A stretch of DNA of 64,000 bases from an uncultured Ignavibacteria bacterium. Its GTDB lineage: Bacteria; Zixibacteria; MSB-5A5; WJJR01. The stretch is from positions 80,933 through 144,932 of the forward strand of contig CAYTTY010000001.1 in assembly GCA_964440935.1 (NCBI GenBank), read 5' to 3'. Positions 1 through 10,249 of the stretch are shown piece by piece (position 1 is the first letter of the stretch; each line of letters begins with the position of its first letter). The translations under genes were made by a program, and so were the position numbers. The notes beneath the pieces were generated by a model, which was not told the DNA's origin, did not search any database, and saw only the letters and a program-made list of their open reading frames with translations.

Positions 1-899
1 ACGATTCGATCCGCACACCGTGGGTGTCGACGCGTGACCGCGTGCTCTCCGGTTGTGCGACCAACGCCGCATTGGCGTTCCGTCGACTCGGGGGCGACGC
101 GACGGTTGTCGGACGTGTCGGCAAAGATCGGCTTGACCACTACAAAGAGACGTTTGAACGTCTCGGTATCGCGCACGACACTGAGCCCTGCCCGGAATCG
201 GGTGGTTTCGGATTGGACTACGATGACCGGGGCCGGCGCGAACTCACGTTATTAGGACAGGCCGATCCGGTACGCAACGTGCCCTCGTCCGTGGCCGATG
301 CCGACATCGTGTTCATCGGGCCGGTGTTGCAGGAGACACCGTTTGACCTGATTCGACAGGTGCACAAGACGACCAACGCCACGATGGTGCTCGATCCGCA
401 AGGGCTGCTAAGACGGGTTGGCGATGACGGACGGGTGGAACACTTCAAACCGGATGGGATCGAAGATTTGTGTGCCTCGTTCGATATCGTGAAGCCGAAT
501 GAACTGGAAACGGAAATTTTCACCGGTGTCGATCCGCGAGAAGATCTCGATCGTGCAGCCTCCGTTCTCGTCGATTGGGGCATCCCGACCGTGATTATCA
601 CGCTGGCCGATCTCGGTGCACTTATCGTCTCGGACGGGAAGTGGTACCGGATCAGTGCCATTCCAACCCTGGCGGTTGATTCCACCGGTGCGGGCGACAC
701 GTTTGCCGGTGGGTTGATGTTTGCCCTGACGAATGGCCGCGATTGGATCGAGGCCGGACAGTTGGCCACGGCCGTCTCGTCAATTATGGTCGAGCAATGC
801 GGCCCCGAATTTGAATTGACCTTGGCAGAGGCCGAACGGCGTGCCCGGACGGTGACCGTCGAAACACGCAGGGTGGCCGCAGCGTCTGTCTCGTTATAA
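1..899 (+). CDS. PfkB-family carbohydrate kinase (ribokinase-like), 5' end at the window edge
   Basis: ORF track gives 24..899 with a GTG at 24, but the frame is open back to nt 3. A C-terminal GAGDTFAGG motif (PfkB signature 2) is present and the length is ~290 aa. The true start may lie upstream of the window. Confidence 0.75.
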   Translation, partial: DSIRTPWVSTRDRVLSGCATNAALAFRRLGGDATVVGRVGKDRLDHYKETFERLGIAHDTEPCPESGGFGLDYDDRGRRELTLLGQADPVRNVPSSVADADIVFIGPVLQETPFDLIRQVHKTTNATMVLDPQGLLRRVGDDGRVEHFKPDGIEDLCASFDIVKPNELETEIFTGVDPREDLDRAASVLVDWGIPTVIITLADLGALIVSDGKWYRISAIPTLAVDSTGAGDTFAGGLMFALTNGRDWIEAGQLATAVSSIMVEQCGPEFELTLAEAERRARTVTVETRRVAAASVSL

Positions 900-943
900 G
901 TCGAACGACTGCTGAGCACATAATCCTCGTGGAGGGGAGTCTG

Positions 944-2104
944 ATGTCCAAAGTTCGAGTAGCTATTATTGGTGTGGGGAACTGCGCTTCCTCGTTTGTG
1001 CAGGGGGTTGAGTACTACAAAAATGCCAGTCATGACGATTTCGTCCCCGGCCTGATGCATGTCAACCTCGGTGGGTACCACATCTCCGATATCGAGTTTT
1101 CCGCCGCCATTGACATTGACGCGAATAAAGTCGGGAAAGATCTGTCCGAAGCGATCTTCTCGGAGCCGAACAACACATTCAAGTTTTCCGATGTGCCACA
1201 CATGGGTATCACGGTGCAGCGCGGCATGACCCACGACGGTCTCGGGGAGTACCTGTCCAAGATCATCAAGAAGGCCCCGGGCGATACGGTCAACATTCGG
1301 CGCCTGCTTCAGGATACCGGCACCGACGTGGTCGTCAACTATTTGCCTGTGGGCAGCGAAGAGGCGACCAAGTGGTATGTCGAGCAGATCCTAGATGCCG
1401 GCTGCGGATTCGTCAACTGCATCCCCGTGTTCATTGCCAAGGAGAAGTATTGGCAGGAGCGTTTTGAGGAAAAGGGCTTGCCGATGATCGGCGATGATAT
1501 CAAATCGCAGGTTGGCGCGACTATTGCTCATCGCGTGTTGACCCGATTGTTCCACGATCGTGGCGTGAAGGTCATGCGCACCTCCCAGCTCAACGTAGGC
1601 GGGAACACCGACTTCCTCAACATGCTCGAACGGAAACGTCTCGAATCGAAGAAGATCTCGAAGACCAGTGCGGTCACGTCACAGTTGGACTACGACATCG
1701 GCGAAGAGAACATTCACATCGGGCCGTCCGACTATGTCGCCTGGTTGAAGGACCGCAAGTGGGCCTACATCCGCATGGAAGGCCAGACCTTCGGCGATGT
1801 GCCACTCAATGTGGAAATGAAAATGGAAGTCTGGGATTCGCCCAATTCGGCGGGCGTGGTCATCGACGCGGTTCGTTGTTGCAAGCTGGCCTTGAATAAC
1901 AACTTGAAAGGGGCCCTCGTCGGACCGTCGGCGTACTTCAAGAAGTCCCCGCCGGTGCAATACACCGACGATGAAGCGCACCGCCTGACCGAGGAGTTCA
2001 TCAAAAAGTACGGTCAAAAGGATGCCGGTACGACCGCGGGCAATGACGGCGATGGGGCGAAAGAGACACCCACCCGGCATGAGACGGTGGGAGTGAAGTC
2101 CTGA
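944..2104 (+). CDS. ino1: myo-inositol-1-phosphate synthase (bacterial/archaeal-type MIPS)
   Basis: Track ORF is 929..2104. I start it at the internal ATG 944 ([17 protein letters not shown]), which is preceded by a GGAGGGGA Shine-Dalgarno. The Rossmann GxGxxG/A motif, the ~385 aa length and overall similarity match archaeal/bacterial Ino1. Confidence 0.85.
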   Translation: MSKVRVAIIGVGNCASSFVQGVEYYKNASHDDFVPGLMHVNLGGYHISDIEFSAAIDIDANKVGKDLSEAIFSEPNNTFKFSDVPHMGITVQRGMTHDGLGEYLSKIIKKAPGDTVNIRRLLQDTGTDVVVNYLPVGSEEATKWYVEQILDAGCGFVNCIPVFIAKEKYWQERFEEKGLPMIGDDIKSQVGATIAHRVLTRLFHDRGVKVMRTSQLNVGGNTDFLNMLERKRLESKKISKTSAVTSQLDYDIGEENIHIGPSDYVAWLKDRKWAYIRMEGQTFGDVPLNVEMKMEVWDSPNSAGVVIDAVRCCKLALNNNLKGALVGPSAYFKKSPPVQYTDDEAHRLTEEFIKKYGQKDAGTTAGNDGDGAKETPTRHETVGVKS

Positions 2105-2214
2105 CCCGTAACGGTGCAGAATTCAACTGACTGGTCATCAGGCTCTGGAGTCTGGCACAAAGGGCGGCAACAGCCGCCTTTTCTGTTTGCTGATCGCCCC
2201 ATTCCGATATCATC

Positions 2215-2874
2215 ATGGCGGATAACCGGGAGGATTCAGTGCGCCGCGGATGGTTTGTTGTGATCGAAGGGCTCGATGCATCAGGGAAATCAACCCTGGT
2301 GCGCGATCTGACCCATACCTATCGACGAGAAGGGTATACTCTCACGACTGTTCGTGAGCCCGGTGGGACACGACTCTCAGAACAGGTGCGTCGGATTCTG
2401 TTGGATACCCGCGACAACCTGACAGCTCAAGCCGAGTTGTTCCTGTATCTCGCTTCTCGATCGCAACTTGTCGAAGAGGTCATCCGTCCGGCGCTCAATC
2501 GTGGCGAACTCGTCCTCTCCGATCGTTTTAGTTTATCAACACTGGCCTATCAGATCGGGGGACGGGGATTGCCCGCGCGCGATGTCATCTCGGCGGATCG
2601 TCTGGCGCGCAATGGCATTGAACCCGATTTGACCATTATGTTGACGGTGACCGAGGCGGAAGCGCGTCGACGGAAGAGCAACGCAAAGCTCGAACCCGAT
2701 CGCATGGAGCGGGAATCACAATCGTTCTTTCGCAAAGTGCGAGCCGAATACCGGCGACGTTCGATCAATCAACGCCGCATGTGCGTGATCGACTCGGCGA
2801 TCGGAATCGACCGCGTCTTTCAGGAAGCAAAATCGCAGATCGACCGGCGGCTCAGACGACGCCAACACGTGTAG
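2215..2874 (+). CDS. tmk: thymidylate kinase
   Basis: The P-loop FVVIEGLDASGKST is the classic dTMP kinase motif, and ~215 aa is the expected size. Confidence 0.85.
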   Translation: MADNREDSVRRGWFVVIEGLDASGKSTLVRDLTHTYRREGYTLTTVREPGGTRLSEQVRRILLDTRDNLTAQAELFLYLASRSQLVEEVIRPALNRGELVLSDRFSLSTLAYQIGGRGLPARDVISADRLARNGIEPDLTIMLTVTEAEARRRKSNAKLEPDRMERESQSFFRKVRAEYRRRSINQRRMCVIDSAIGIDRVFQEAKSQIDRRLRRRQHV

Positions 2875-2875
2875 T

Positions 2876-4537
2876 ATGACGATGATCACTCAGACAGACA
2901 GCCGTGTGACTGGTTGGGAACGTCAGTCCAAACGGGGCGATCTCACCAAGCGCGGTGCTATCATCGCACTGTTTGTCGTCGCACTGCTCATCGTCTCATT
3001 GGAGTGGCTCCGCACGAGTGATCGCTATCAGGGAGCGGTGGAGTTAACCACGGCCGCGCGGATTATCCTGACCAACTCGCCTCTCGACGTTGACGCCGAG
3101 ATGATTGCGCAGGCCGCCGCCGATGGCTTGACGTCGGTGCTCGACCCCTACTCCGGATATCTCACGCCGACCGAGCTGAATCTTCTGACCGAGGAAACGG
3201 CCGGTGCATACCATGGTCTTGGTGTCGAAATACGTCGGCGCGAGGGACGCATCTACATCATTGACGTAATGCCACAGTCTCCGGCCGAGGAGGCGGGATT
3301 GCGTCCCGGTGACCGGATCATCTCCGTGAACGGGCGCGCGAGCGTTGAACTGTCGCCCGATGAGCTCGTCGAAATCGTGCGCGGCGCGGAAAATGAACCA
3401 ATTGACATGGCGATCATGGCGCCCGATGGTATCGAGCGTCAGGTGTCTGTCATACCGCGCGACGTTGCCATCGACCCTTTTCCGCTTGTCGGAGTCACCC
3501 GCTCAGGGATCGGATACATCCGGTGGGAACACTTCACCAATGGCTCGGGCGATCGTCTTGCCGCATTGGTCGAGGAACTGCGCGTCGAAGAAACGGTGGG
3601 GTTGATTCTCGATTTGAGGGGGAATCCGGGCGGTATTGTCGCCGAGGCCGTGACCGCCGCCGGTCTGTTCCAGGCACCGCAGTCTTTAGTGTGCACCTTG
3701 GTGGGAGCATCGGAGGAGGACTCTGTTGAGTTTCGAACCTCCTCGCTCCCTATTTATCAGGAGCCGCTCGTCATCGTACAGGATGAGTTGTCGTCATCGG
3801 CGGCCGAGATTCTGGCGGCCAGTCTCCGGGATGCCGATCGGGCGGTGATCGTGGGACGTCGCAGCTTCGGGAAAGGTTGGGTGCAAAACGTCTTTCCCTT
3901 GTCGAATGGCGGCGGGTTGCGTCTCTCCACTGCGTATTACATCACACCGTCGGGGAACCGGATTGGCGATCCGTACAGCGCCCGTGAGCAGTTCGACTCG
4001 TTGGTGGCCGGAGGCCACTGGCTGGGAACAGGGCTGGCGGCCGATGTTGAAGTTCCTGAAGCGGGCGGCGGACCGTGGGAACAAATGATGATACGGGAGG
4101 GGCTCGCCACCGAATATGTCGTCGCTCACGCCGCCCGCTGGCCGGCGACTGGGGTCGAGGACTCGTTACGCATGATGCGCGACTTGGCCCGGTGGCTGTC
4201 CGGACGGGATTTGCGTCCTGAAGGCCCCGGTCAGAGCATCTTGGAACTGCTCTCCGACTCCGCCTCAGATTTTCAAGTATCACACAACCATGAGCGACTG
4301 ATCCGAGAACTGCGAGACGCCGTTGATGAGGATAACTGGTTGCGCTTCCGACGAGAGGCACCCGGCATTCTGCGTCATCTGTGGGAGGAGCGGCTGCGTC
4401 ACGTCGAAGTCGCCGACCCTGGAGAATTGGAAGCCCTGATCGAATTGGATCCGAGCCTGGCCACCGCACGTGACTTGATCGAGCAGCCGGAACGGTTTCA
4501 GTCGATTCTGGCCGACGTCACCAACGCCCTTCCCTGA
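2876..4537 (+). CDS. ctpA: carboxyl-terminal processing protease (S41 peptidase, PDZ domain)
   Basis: N-terminal transmembrane anchor; a PDZ region (GLRPGDRIISVNG); the S41 motif LILDLRGNPGG and the catalytic serine region (SAAEILA). The start is separated from the tmk stop by one nt. Confidence 0.85.
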   Translation: MTMITQTDSRVTGWERQSKRGDLTKRGAIIALFVVALLIVSLEWLRTSDRYQGAVELTTAARIILTNSPLDVDAEMIAQAAADGLTSVLDPYSGYLTPTELNLLTEETAGAYHGLGVEIRRREGRIYIIDVMPQSPAEEAGLRPGDRIISVNGRASVELSPDELVEIVRGAENEPIDMAIMAPDGIERQVSVIPRDVAIDPFPLVGVTRSGIGYIRWEHFTNGSGDRLAALVEELRVEETVGLILDLRGNPGGIVAEAVTAAGLFQAPQSLVCTLVGASEEDSVEFRTSSLPIYQEPLVIVQDELSSSAAEILAASLRDADRAVIVGRRSFGKGWVQNVFPLSNGGGLRLSTAYYITPSGNRIGDPYSAREQFDSLVAGGHWLGTGLAADVEVPEAGGGPWEQMMIREGLATEYVVAHAARWPATGVEDSLRMMRDLARWLSGRDLRPEGPGQSILELLSDSASDFQVSHNHERLIRELRDAVDEDNWLRFRREAPGILRHLWEERLRHVEVADPGELEALIELDPSLATARDLIEQPERFQSILADVTNALP

Positions 4538-4787
4538 ATCGGCTTAGCTTGCAGTGTGATTGACAATAGTGAATAACTTCCTGTTCCCGGCATGGCGGAT
4601 GGCGTCAAATCTCTATCTTCGGGCTTGCCATTGGCGGGACAACTTGGCTTCGTAGGAGGTCTGACGGGTATAGCGGGCTGAGTCGATGCCCTTGACGGGC
4701 CACTCCTCGCATATCTGCAGTCACGAAGCGGAGACAGAACGACACGACAAGTTGTACCAGAACTACAGATAGTAACGCACCGCACGG

Positions 4788-7343
4788 ATGACACCAATGC
4801 CGACGACTTCGAATTCTGCAGTGATAATGGCCGGTGGGTTTGGCACACGCCTGAAACCGCTCACCGTCTCGGTTCCAAAGCCGATGGTCCCGATGGCGAA
4901 TCGGCCGCTAATGGAGTATGTGGTCCAACTTCTCAAGCGTCACGGCCACGACTCGATGATTGGTCTGTTGTACTTTCAACCCGAGGCGATCACCGAGTAT
5001 TTTGGCGACGGATCCCAACTCGGCGTCGGTATGCAGTACATCCGGCCTGATGCCGATTTCGGCACCGCGGGGAGCGTGCGCAATGCCCTGCCACAATTGG
5101 CCGACCGATTTATCGTCATCTCGGGTGACGTGCTGACAGACATCGATTTGACCGAGGCGTTTGCCTTTCACGAGCGCTCCGGCGCCGAGGCCACCATGGT
5201 CTTAACGCGCCAGCAGAACCCATTGGCCTTTGGCATTGTCGTGACCCAACCAGACGGGCGGATTACTCGTTTTTTGGAGAAACCATCGTGGGGCGAAGTC
5301 TTCTCCGATACGATCAACACCGGCATCTACATCCTCGAGCGTAAACTCATGGAGACACTGCCCGCCGAAACGGCACTCGATTTCGGCAAAGATGTGTTTC
5401 CTCAGTTTCTGGCTGAGGGGCGGCGTCTGTACGGTTTCATCAGTCCCGGATATTGGCGTGATGTGGGCAATGTCAATGAATACACCGCCGCGCATTACGA
5501 TCTTCTGAACGGTACCATCGCGCCGATTTGGGAGCACCCACCGCAGCGGCGGGGCAATGGCATCCTGATTGCCGATCCCAGTTGTGTCATCGCCGACGAT
5601 GTTGAACTGGATGGCACCGTCGTGCTGGGTGGCCGCGTATCGGTGGGAGCGGGCGCAAAGCTGGCGAGTTGCGTGCTGGGTCCGGGAAGCGTTGTGGGGG
5701 CGGGCGCCCGTGTCCGGAACTCGGTACTCTGGTCGGCCGTGACCGTCGGCGGCGGTGCACGCGTCGATGAGGCGATTGTTCAGACCGGTTCACGCATTGG
5801 CCGTGGCAGCATCTTGCGCGAAAAGACCATTGTCTCAGAACTCTGTCAACTTGGCGCGGGCGTCATTGTACACGCGAACTGCCGCATTTGGCCACGCAAG
5901 CGCGTGGAGGACGGCGCCGTTGTCTCCTCCAGTATCGTGTGGGGGGAACAGTACAGTCGCGAGTTGTTTACCGACGCTAAAGTCTCGGGTCTCACCAATC
6001 GCGAGTTTACACCCGAATTTGCCGCACGTCTTGGCGCCGCATTTGCCTCCCAGTTCACAACGAATGAATCGATCATTATCGGTCGTGATCGGTCCGTCGA
6101 AGCGCGTGCCGTTGCGGAGGCCCTGAAGTCGGGCGTGTCCTCGTCCGGTGTCAATATCCGCGACTTGCGCGATACGATTGTGCCGATCCTCCGCTCCGAG
6201 TTGAAACGTACCGATGCCCGCGCCGGAATTTACGTTCGTTCGACACCGGATGAACCGCTGTCCACCGATGCCATCTTCTTTGACGGTGAGGGCTTCGATC
6301 TTCCGGCCGGCCGTGCTCAATCGATTGAGCGGTTGTTTGCCAGTGAAGATTTCCGTCGCGCCGACCCGGTCGATATGGGCATCATCGAGTACCCGGAAGG
6401 TGTTTTGGAACGGTACCGCCACACAATTCTCCGCGAGATCGATCGCGACGCGATCGGCGGAATGGGATATCGTGTTGTCGTGGATTACAACAACGGCTAT
6501 GTCGGGGAGATTCTGCCGTCGCTGCTGGCTGATCTGGGAATCGAGACCATCTCACTAAATTCCCAGCCACTCCAGTCCACGTCGGCCTTTCCCATCCGTG
6601 AACATGGTCCGTTGTCGCGCATTGTCAATGCGGTGGGTTATGACATGGGTATCTCGATCAACCCTGCCGGAGAACGGTTCGACACGGTCGATCACCAGGG
6701 AAGTCCAATCAGTTCCCAGCAACTGCTGGTGACGGTGGCGTCGCTGTTTTGGCAACTGCATCCGGGAAAGACGATTGCTGTGCCTGTCACGGCAACCTCT
6801 CACATCGAACGGCTGGCTGCCGAGCACAATGGCACCGTTGAGCGCGTGAAAAATGACCACCTGTCGCTGATGCGTGCAGCGGCAACCGGAACGAACGATT
6901 TTGTGGGCGGCACACGTGGTGGCTTCATTCTGCCGCCACGCCAACGGGGCGCCGATGCCATCGTAAACGTGATTCGACTGTTTGAATGGCTGGCGCGTAC
7001 CAAGTCTGATTTCACCGATCTGGCCTCGGCATGCCGTACCGGTGCGATTGTCCATGCCAGTGTATCGTGTCCGTGGAATCTGAAGGGATCATTGATGCGA
7101 CGCATCATGGAGCATACCAGCGACGATCGCAGGCAACTCGTCGACGGTGTTCGATTGGAACTGGACGATGGCTGGATATGGATGGCGCCGCACCGCCGCA
7201 CCGCACACTTTGAACTGATGGCCGAGTCCGATCAACCGTGGCGGTCGGGAGCGTTGGTAGAGGAATGGCGCGAACGCATTGCCGAGTGGGCCAAAGTGGC
7301 CGAGGATTCATTGCAAACGGCTGACGTCAATGCTGAAGTCTAG
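4788..7343 (+). CDS. fused sugar-1-phosphate nucleotidyltransferase (mannose-1-P guanylyltransferase-like) / left-handed beta-helix / phosphomannomutase-like protein
   Basis: N-terminus VIMAGGFGTRLKPLT...KPMVP matches the NTP-transferase fold. The middle has hexapeptide-like repeats. The C-terminal ~450 aa aligns to PGM/PMM domains I-IV (LTNREFTPEFAARLG...IIIGRDRS...). The canonical TASHNP and DGDGDR loops are replaced by RSTPDEP and NPAGER. Confidence 0.75.
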   Translation: MTPMPTTSNSAVIMAGGFGTRLKPLTVSVPKPMVPMANRPLMEYVVQLLKRHGHDSMIGLLYFQPEAITEYFGDGSQLGVGMQYIRPDADFGTAGSVRNALPQLADRFIVISGDVLTDIDLTEAFAFHERSGAEATMVLTRQQNPLAFGIVVTQPDGRITRFLEKPSWGEVFSDTINTGIYILERKLMETLPAETALDFGKDVFPQFLAEGRRLYGFISPGYWRDVGNVNEYTAAHYDLLNGTIAPIWEHPPQRRGNGILIADPSCVIADDVELDGTVVLGGRVSVGAGAKLASCVLGPGSVVGAGARVRNSVLWSAVTVGGGARVDEAIVQTGSRIGRGSILREKTIVSELCQLGAGVIVHANCRIWPRKRVEDGAVVSSSIVWGEQYSRELFTDAKVSGLTNREFTPEFAARLGAAFASQFTTNESIIIGRDRSVEARAVAEALKSGVSSSGVNIRDLRDTIVPILRSELKRTDARAGIYVRSTPDEPLSTDAIFFDGEGFDLPAGRAQSIERLFASEDFRRADPVDMGIIEYPEGVLERYRHTILREIDRDAIGGMGYRVVVDYNNGYVGEILPSLLADLGIETISLNSQPLQSTSAFPIREHGPLSRIVNAVGYDMGISINPAGERFDTVDHQGSPISSQQLLVTVASLFWQLHPGKTIAVPVTATSHIERLAAEHNGTVERVKNDHLSLMRAAATGTNDFVGGTRGGFILPPRQRGADAIVNVIRLFEWLARTKSDFTDLASACRTGAIVHASVSCPWNLKGSLMRRIMEHTSDDRRQLVDGVRLELDDGWIWMAPHRRTAHFELMAESDQPWRSGALVEEWRERIAEWAKVAEDSLQTADVNAEV

Positions 7344-7358
7344 CGGCCGACGGACAAT

Positions 7359-8996
7359 ATGATGACAATGACCAAATCGACGATAATTCACCTGTCACTT
7401 GGCCTCGGGCTTGTGTCCCTCTTGGCATTGAATGACATGGCGTATGGTCAGGCGAAGACGCAGACTCAGCGCGGAACCGAACCCGTGATCATTATCGAGG
7501 AACCGCAACCTGAACCCGAACCGAAAACACCTTCGCTCGAAGGGCCGACTTACCTCGACCGTGTGGTTGACCGGACCCGGTACATCGTCGGTCCCGGAGA
7601 CCGGTTGGGGATTGGGATTGCGGGTCAAACTCCATCAACCATCGATGTGATGGTCACTCCTGAGGGTAACGTCTTCATCCCCACAATTGGACCAGTGTAC
7701 GTGGCGAAGATGTCGCTCGACGACGCGAAGACGGCCATCGTCCAATTCTTACGGGAATACTACCCCAGTTCTAAGGTGTCTATTTCCCTGCTGGAAGTCC
7801 GCCGTTTTCGTGTGGCGGTGAGCGGTGCGGTCAAGCACGCCGGCCTGCAGACTGTCACCGCGAATACCCGCGCGTCAGAAGCGATTGATTTGGCAGGGTT
7901 GGCGACCAACGCGTCACAGCGGGGAGTGCACCTCGTTCGAGAGGATGATACGATTCGGGTTGATCTAACCTCCTTTTCGCGTCTGGGCGATCAATCGTCC
8001 AATCCGTATATCCGCGAGGGCGACATCCTGGTCGTTCCGATTCACCATCCGCGGTGGGGCAATGTGCGCATCTCCGGTGCGGTGAAAGAGGAGAGGGAAT
8101 TTGAGTTTGTCGAGGGGGAGACGGTCGGTGACCTGATTCAACTGGCTTATGGGTTCGCGCCCAATGCCGACACGAATGACGTCGAGCTGTGGCGCTTTGT
8201 TAACGGCGACACGGTGGCCACTCGAATTGCCTGGGGAAACGGTACCAGTTTCACCGATTGGATTGAGACGCCACTGGCGGCCGATGATCATATCATTGTC
8301 CGCGGTGTCGAGGACTATCGTCGCAGTTCCTCTGTCCAGATTACGGGTGAAGTTCTGCGTCCGGGGATTTATGTGTTTCCGGGGCGAAACGTATCACTTT
8401 TGTCGCTCGTGGATTCGGCGGGTGGATTTACTCCAGAGGCTGATATCACTGGCATCCGGGTCGCCCGTGCCCGACTTCCGCAGTGGGAGACCGAGTATCG
8501 GCGGCGACTTGAGCAACTCCCGCAGGAACTGCTGACCGAGTCCGAAAGTGACTGGTTGCTGGCCGATGCGATTTCGGTCCCCGGTCGTATTTCCACCGAC
8601 TTCGTCAAACTGTTCGTCCAGAGGGACCGCGAATATGATGTGTTTCTCTCCGATGAAGACGCGGTGACAGTACCGCCGCATTCCCCGTTTGTCAGCGTGA
8701 TCGGACGTGTCGTTCGGCCCGGACTGGTTCCGCACTCGTCGGGAGAGGGCTTCGACTACTACCTGGATCGCGCCGGCGGATTTGCCTGGCGTGCCGATCG
8801 CGGTGGATCATTTGTGGTAAAAGGAGGCACCGGGGCCACGGTGAAGCGCGGTGATGTCAGAGATATCACTTCCGGCGACCTGATCGTCGTCCCGACCAAA
8901 CGTGGGATTGATTTCTGGCAGGGATTCAAGGACGCTCTGGTCGTGACTGCCAATCTGGCAACCATCTATCTGGTCATCGACCAGGCTGTCGATTGA
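7359..8996 (+). CDS. polysaccharide export protein (Wza-like; Poly_export + SLBB domains)
   Basis: Signal peptide; a PGDxL-type Poly_export motif (YIVGPGDRLGIGI); repeated SLBB-like segments (GAVKxxG... twice); position at the head of a polysaccharide locus. Confidence 0.8.
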   Translation: MMTMTKSTIIHLSLGLGLVSLLALNDMAYGQAKTQTQRGTEPVIIIEEPQPEPEPKTPSLEGPTYLDRVVDRTRYIVGPGDRLGIGIAGQTPSTIDVMVTPEGNVFIPTIGPVYVAKMSLDDAKTAIVQFLREYYPSSKVSISLLEVRRFRVAVSGAVKHAGLQTVTANTRASEAIDLAGLATNASQRGVHLVREDDTIRVDLTSFSRLGDQSSNPYIREGDILVVPIHHPRWGNVRISGAVKEEREFEFVEGETVGDLIQLAYGFAPNADTNDVELWRFVNGDTVATRIAWGNGTSFTDWIETPLAADDHIIVRGVEDYRRSSSVQITGEVLRPGIYVFPGRNVSLLSLVDSAGGFTPEADITGIRVARARLPQWETEYRRRLEQLPQELLTESESDWLLADAISVPGRISTDFVKLFVQRDREYDVFLSDEDAVTVPPHSPFVSVIGRVVRPGLVPHSSGEGFDYYLDRAGGFAWRADRGGSFVVKGGTGATVKRGDVRDITSGDLIVVPTKRGIDFWQGFKDALVVTANLATIYLVIDQAVD

Positions 8997-10249
8997 TCAT
9001 GCAACACGATGATGTTAATCACATGACCAACAGGCCACCAGTTTACACGTCCAGTCCGGATGACACCGCCGAACGCACCCCGGGCGTGTGGCGCGTCGGT
9101 CTCGTGCTTGCACAGAACATCCGCGCGCTGGTGGCGATACCGCTAGTAACGGCGATCGTGGCGGTTCTCATTTCGTTTCTCTTTCCCAATACCTATCGGT
9201 CGACAGTCACAATCCTCCCTCCGGAGCGCACATTTCAGAGTATGGACATGCCGTGGGATGAGATTAGTTTGATGGCTGGCGGGGGCATGGCGCTCCCCGT
9301 CATGGCCACGCCATCGGACATTCTCGCTGCCGTGGTGACGTCACGCACCGTGCGCGATTCCCTGGTATCGAAAATGAACCTGGCGGAACGGTGGGAGACA
9401 ACTCCCGACGCCGCTTCGATTCAGCTCGAGATCAACAGCGGCGCCGAAGTTGAACTCTCCGGGATCGTCAAGGCGTGGGTTCACAGCAATGATCGTTTTT
9501 TTGCCGATACACTGGCCAACGGTATGGTTTTGCAAGCCGACCGTGTAAATCGTGCGATCGTCAATACAAAGGCCCGGCGAACACGGGAGTTTGTCGAGAA
9601 GCGGCTGGTGGAGACCAAAGCCGAAATGGAAATAGCCGCCGAACGTTTGGAGCGTTTCCAAAACGAACACCGGACCGTCGCACTGGAGACCCAAATCCAG
9701 CAGATGATCGAAAACGCCGCCTCGATGCAGGCGCAATTGACCGCCGATGAAATCGAATTGTCGGTGTTGGAGCAGACGCATTCGGCTGAACATCCCCAGG
9801 TCCAGCACCTGCGCTCGCGGATTCGTGAGACCCAGCGGCGGTTAAATGCCATTCAATCGAATCCGGGTGATACATCAATCGGCTTTGCGGCCGGCTTGAG
9901 CAAGATGCCGCACTTGGTACAGGAGTTGGCGGACATTACGCGTGAACTGAAGGTTGCCGAGAATCTGTATACCCTCCTTTCGACCGAATACGAAAATGCG
10001 CGCATCCAGGAACAGCGCGACACACCGTCGTTTTCGGTCCTGGATCACGCCGCCGGTGGGGGCGAGAAGGTCAGCCCGATGCGATCAATCATTGGTCTGG
10101 CAACATTCGTGTCGATGTTTGCATTGGTACTGGCGGTGATCGTGACACGCGAGTACTTTGCGCAGCTTGGCCGCCGCGACCCCGAACAGTACCATGCGTT
10201 GCGCGCGGTGTGGACAGAGCTTCGGCGCGGTTGGCGCAAAAGGAGTTGA
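8993..10249 (+). CDS. polysaccharide chain-length determinant (Wzz/GumC-type PCP, no kinase domain)
   Basis: N-terminal and C-terminal transmembrane helices flank a long periplasmic region rich in coiled coil. A proline/glycine-rich segment precedes TM2. Overlaps the wza-like stop by 4 nt. Confidence 0.7.
   Translation: MIMQHDDVNHMTNRPPVYTSSPDDTAERTPGVWRVGLVLAQNIRALVAIPLVTAIVAVLISFLFPNTYRSTVTILPPERTFQSMDMPWDEISLMAGGGMALPVMATPSDILAAVVTSRTVRDSLVSKMNLAERWETTPDAASIQLEINSGAEVELSGIVKAWVHSNDRFFADTLANGMVLQADRVNRAIVNTKARRTREFVEKRLVETKAEMEIAAERLERFQNEHRTVALETQIQQMIENAASMQAQLTADEIELSVLEQTHSAEHPQVQHLRSRIRETQRRLNAIQSNPGDTSIGFAAGLSKMPHLVQELADITRELKVAENLYTLLSTEYENARIQEQRDTPSFSVLDHAAGGGEKVSPMRSIIGLATFVSMFALVLAVIVTREYFAQLGRRDPEQYHALRAVWTELRRGWRKRS

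Noticed and set aside
218-1234. Long antisense ORFs inside well-supported genes (for example 218..1234 -, 10688..11263 -, 18695..19393 -, 46350..46904 -, 61498..62169 +)
   Set aside because: Typical high-GC shadow ORFs opposite strongly supported CDSs. Their products are Arg/Pro/Ala-rich with no motifs, and they overlap conserved genes completely.
4538-4787. tRNA gene in the 250-nt gap before the nucleotidyltransferase gene (and in other gaps: 18252-18388, 20738-20807, 60790-61196)
   Set aside because: No T-loop (GTTCRANYC) or acceptor-stem pairing pattern was found in any intergenic gap.
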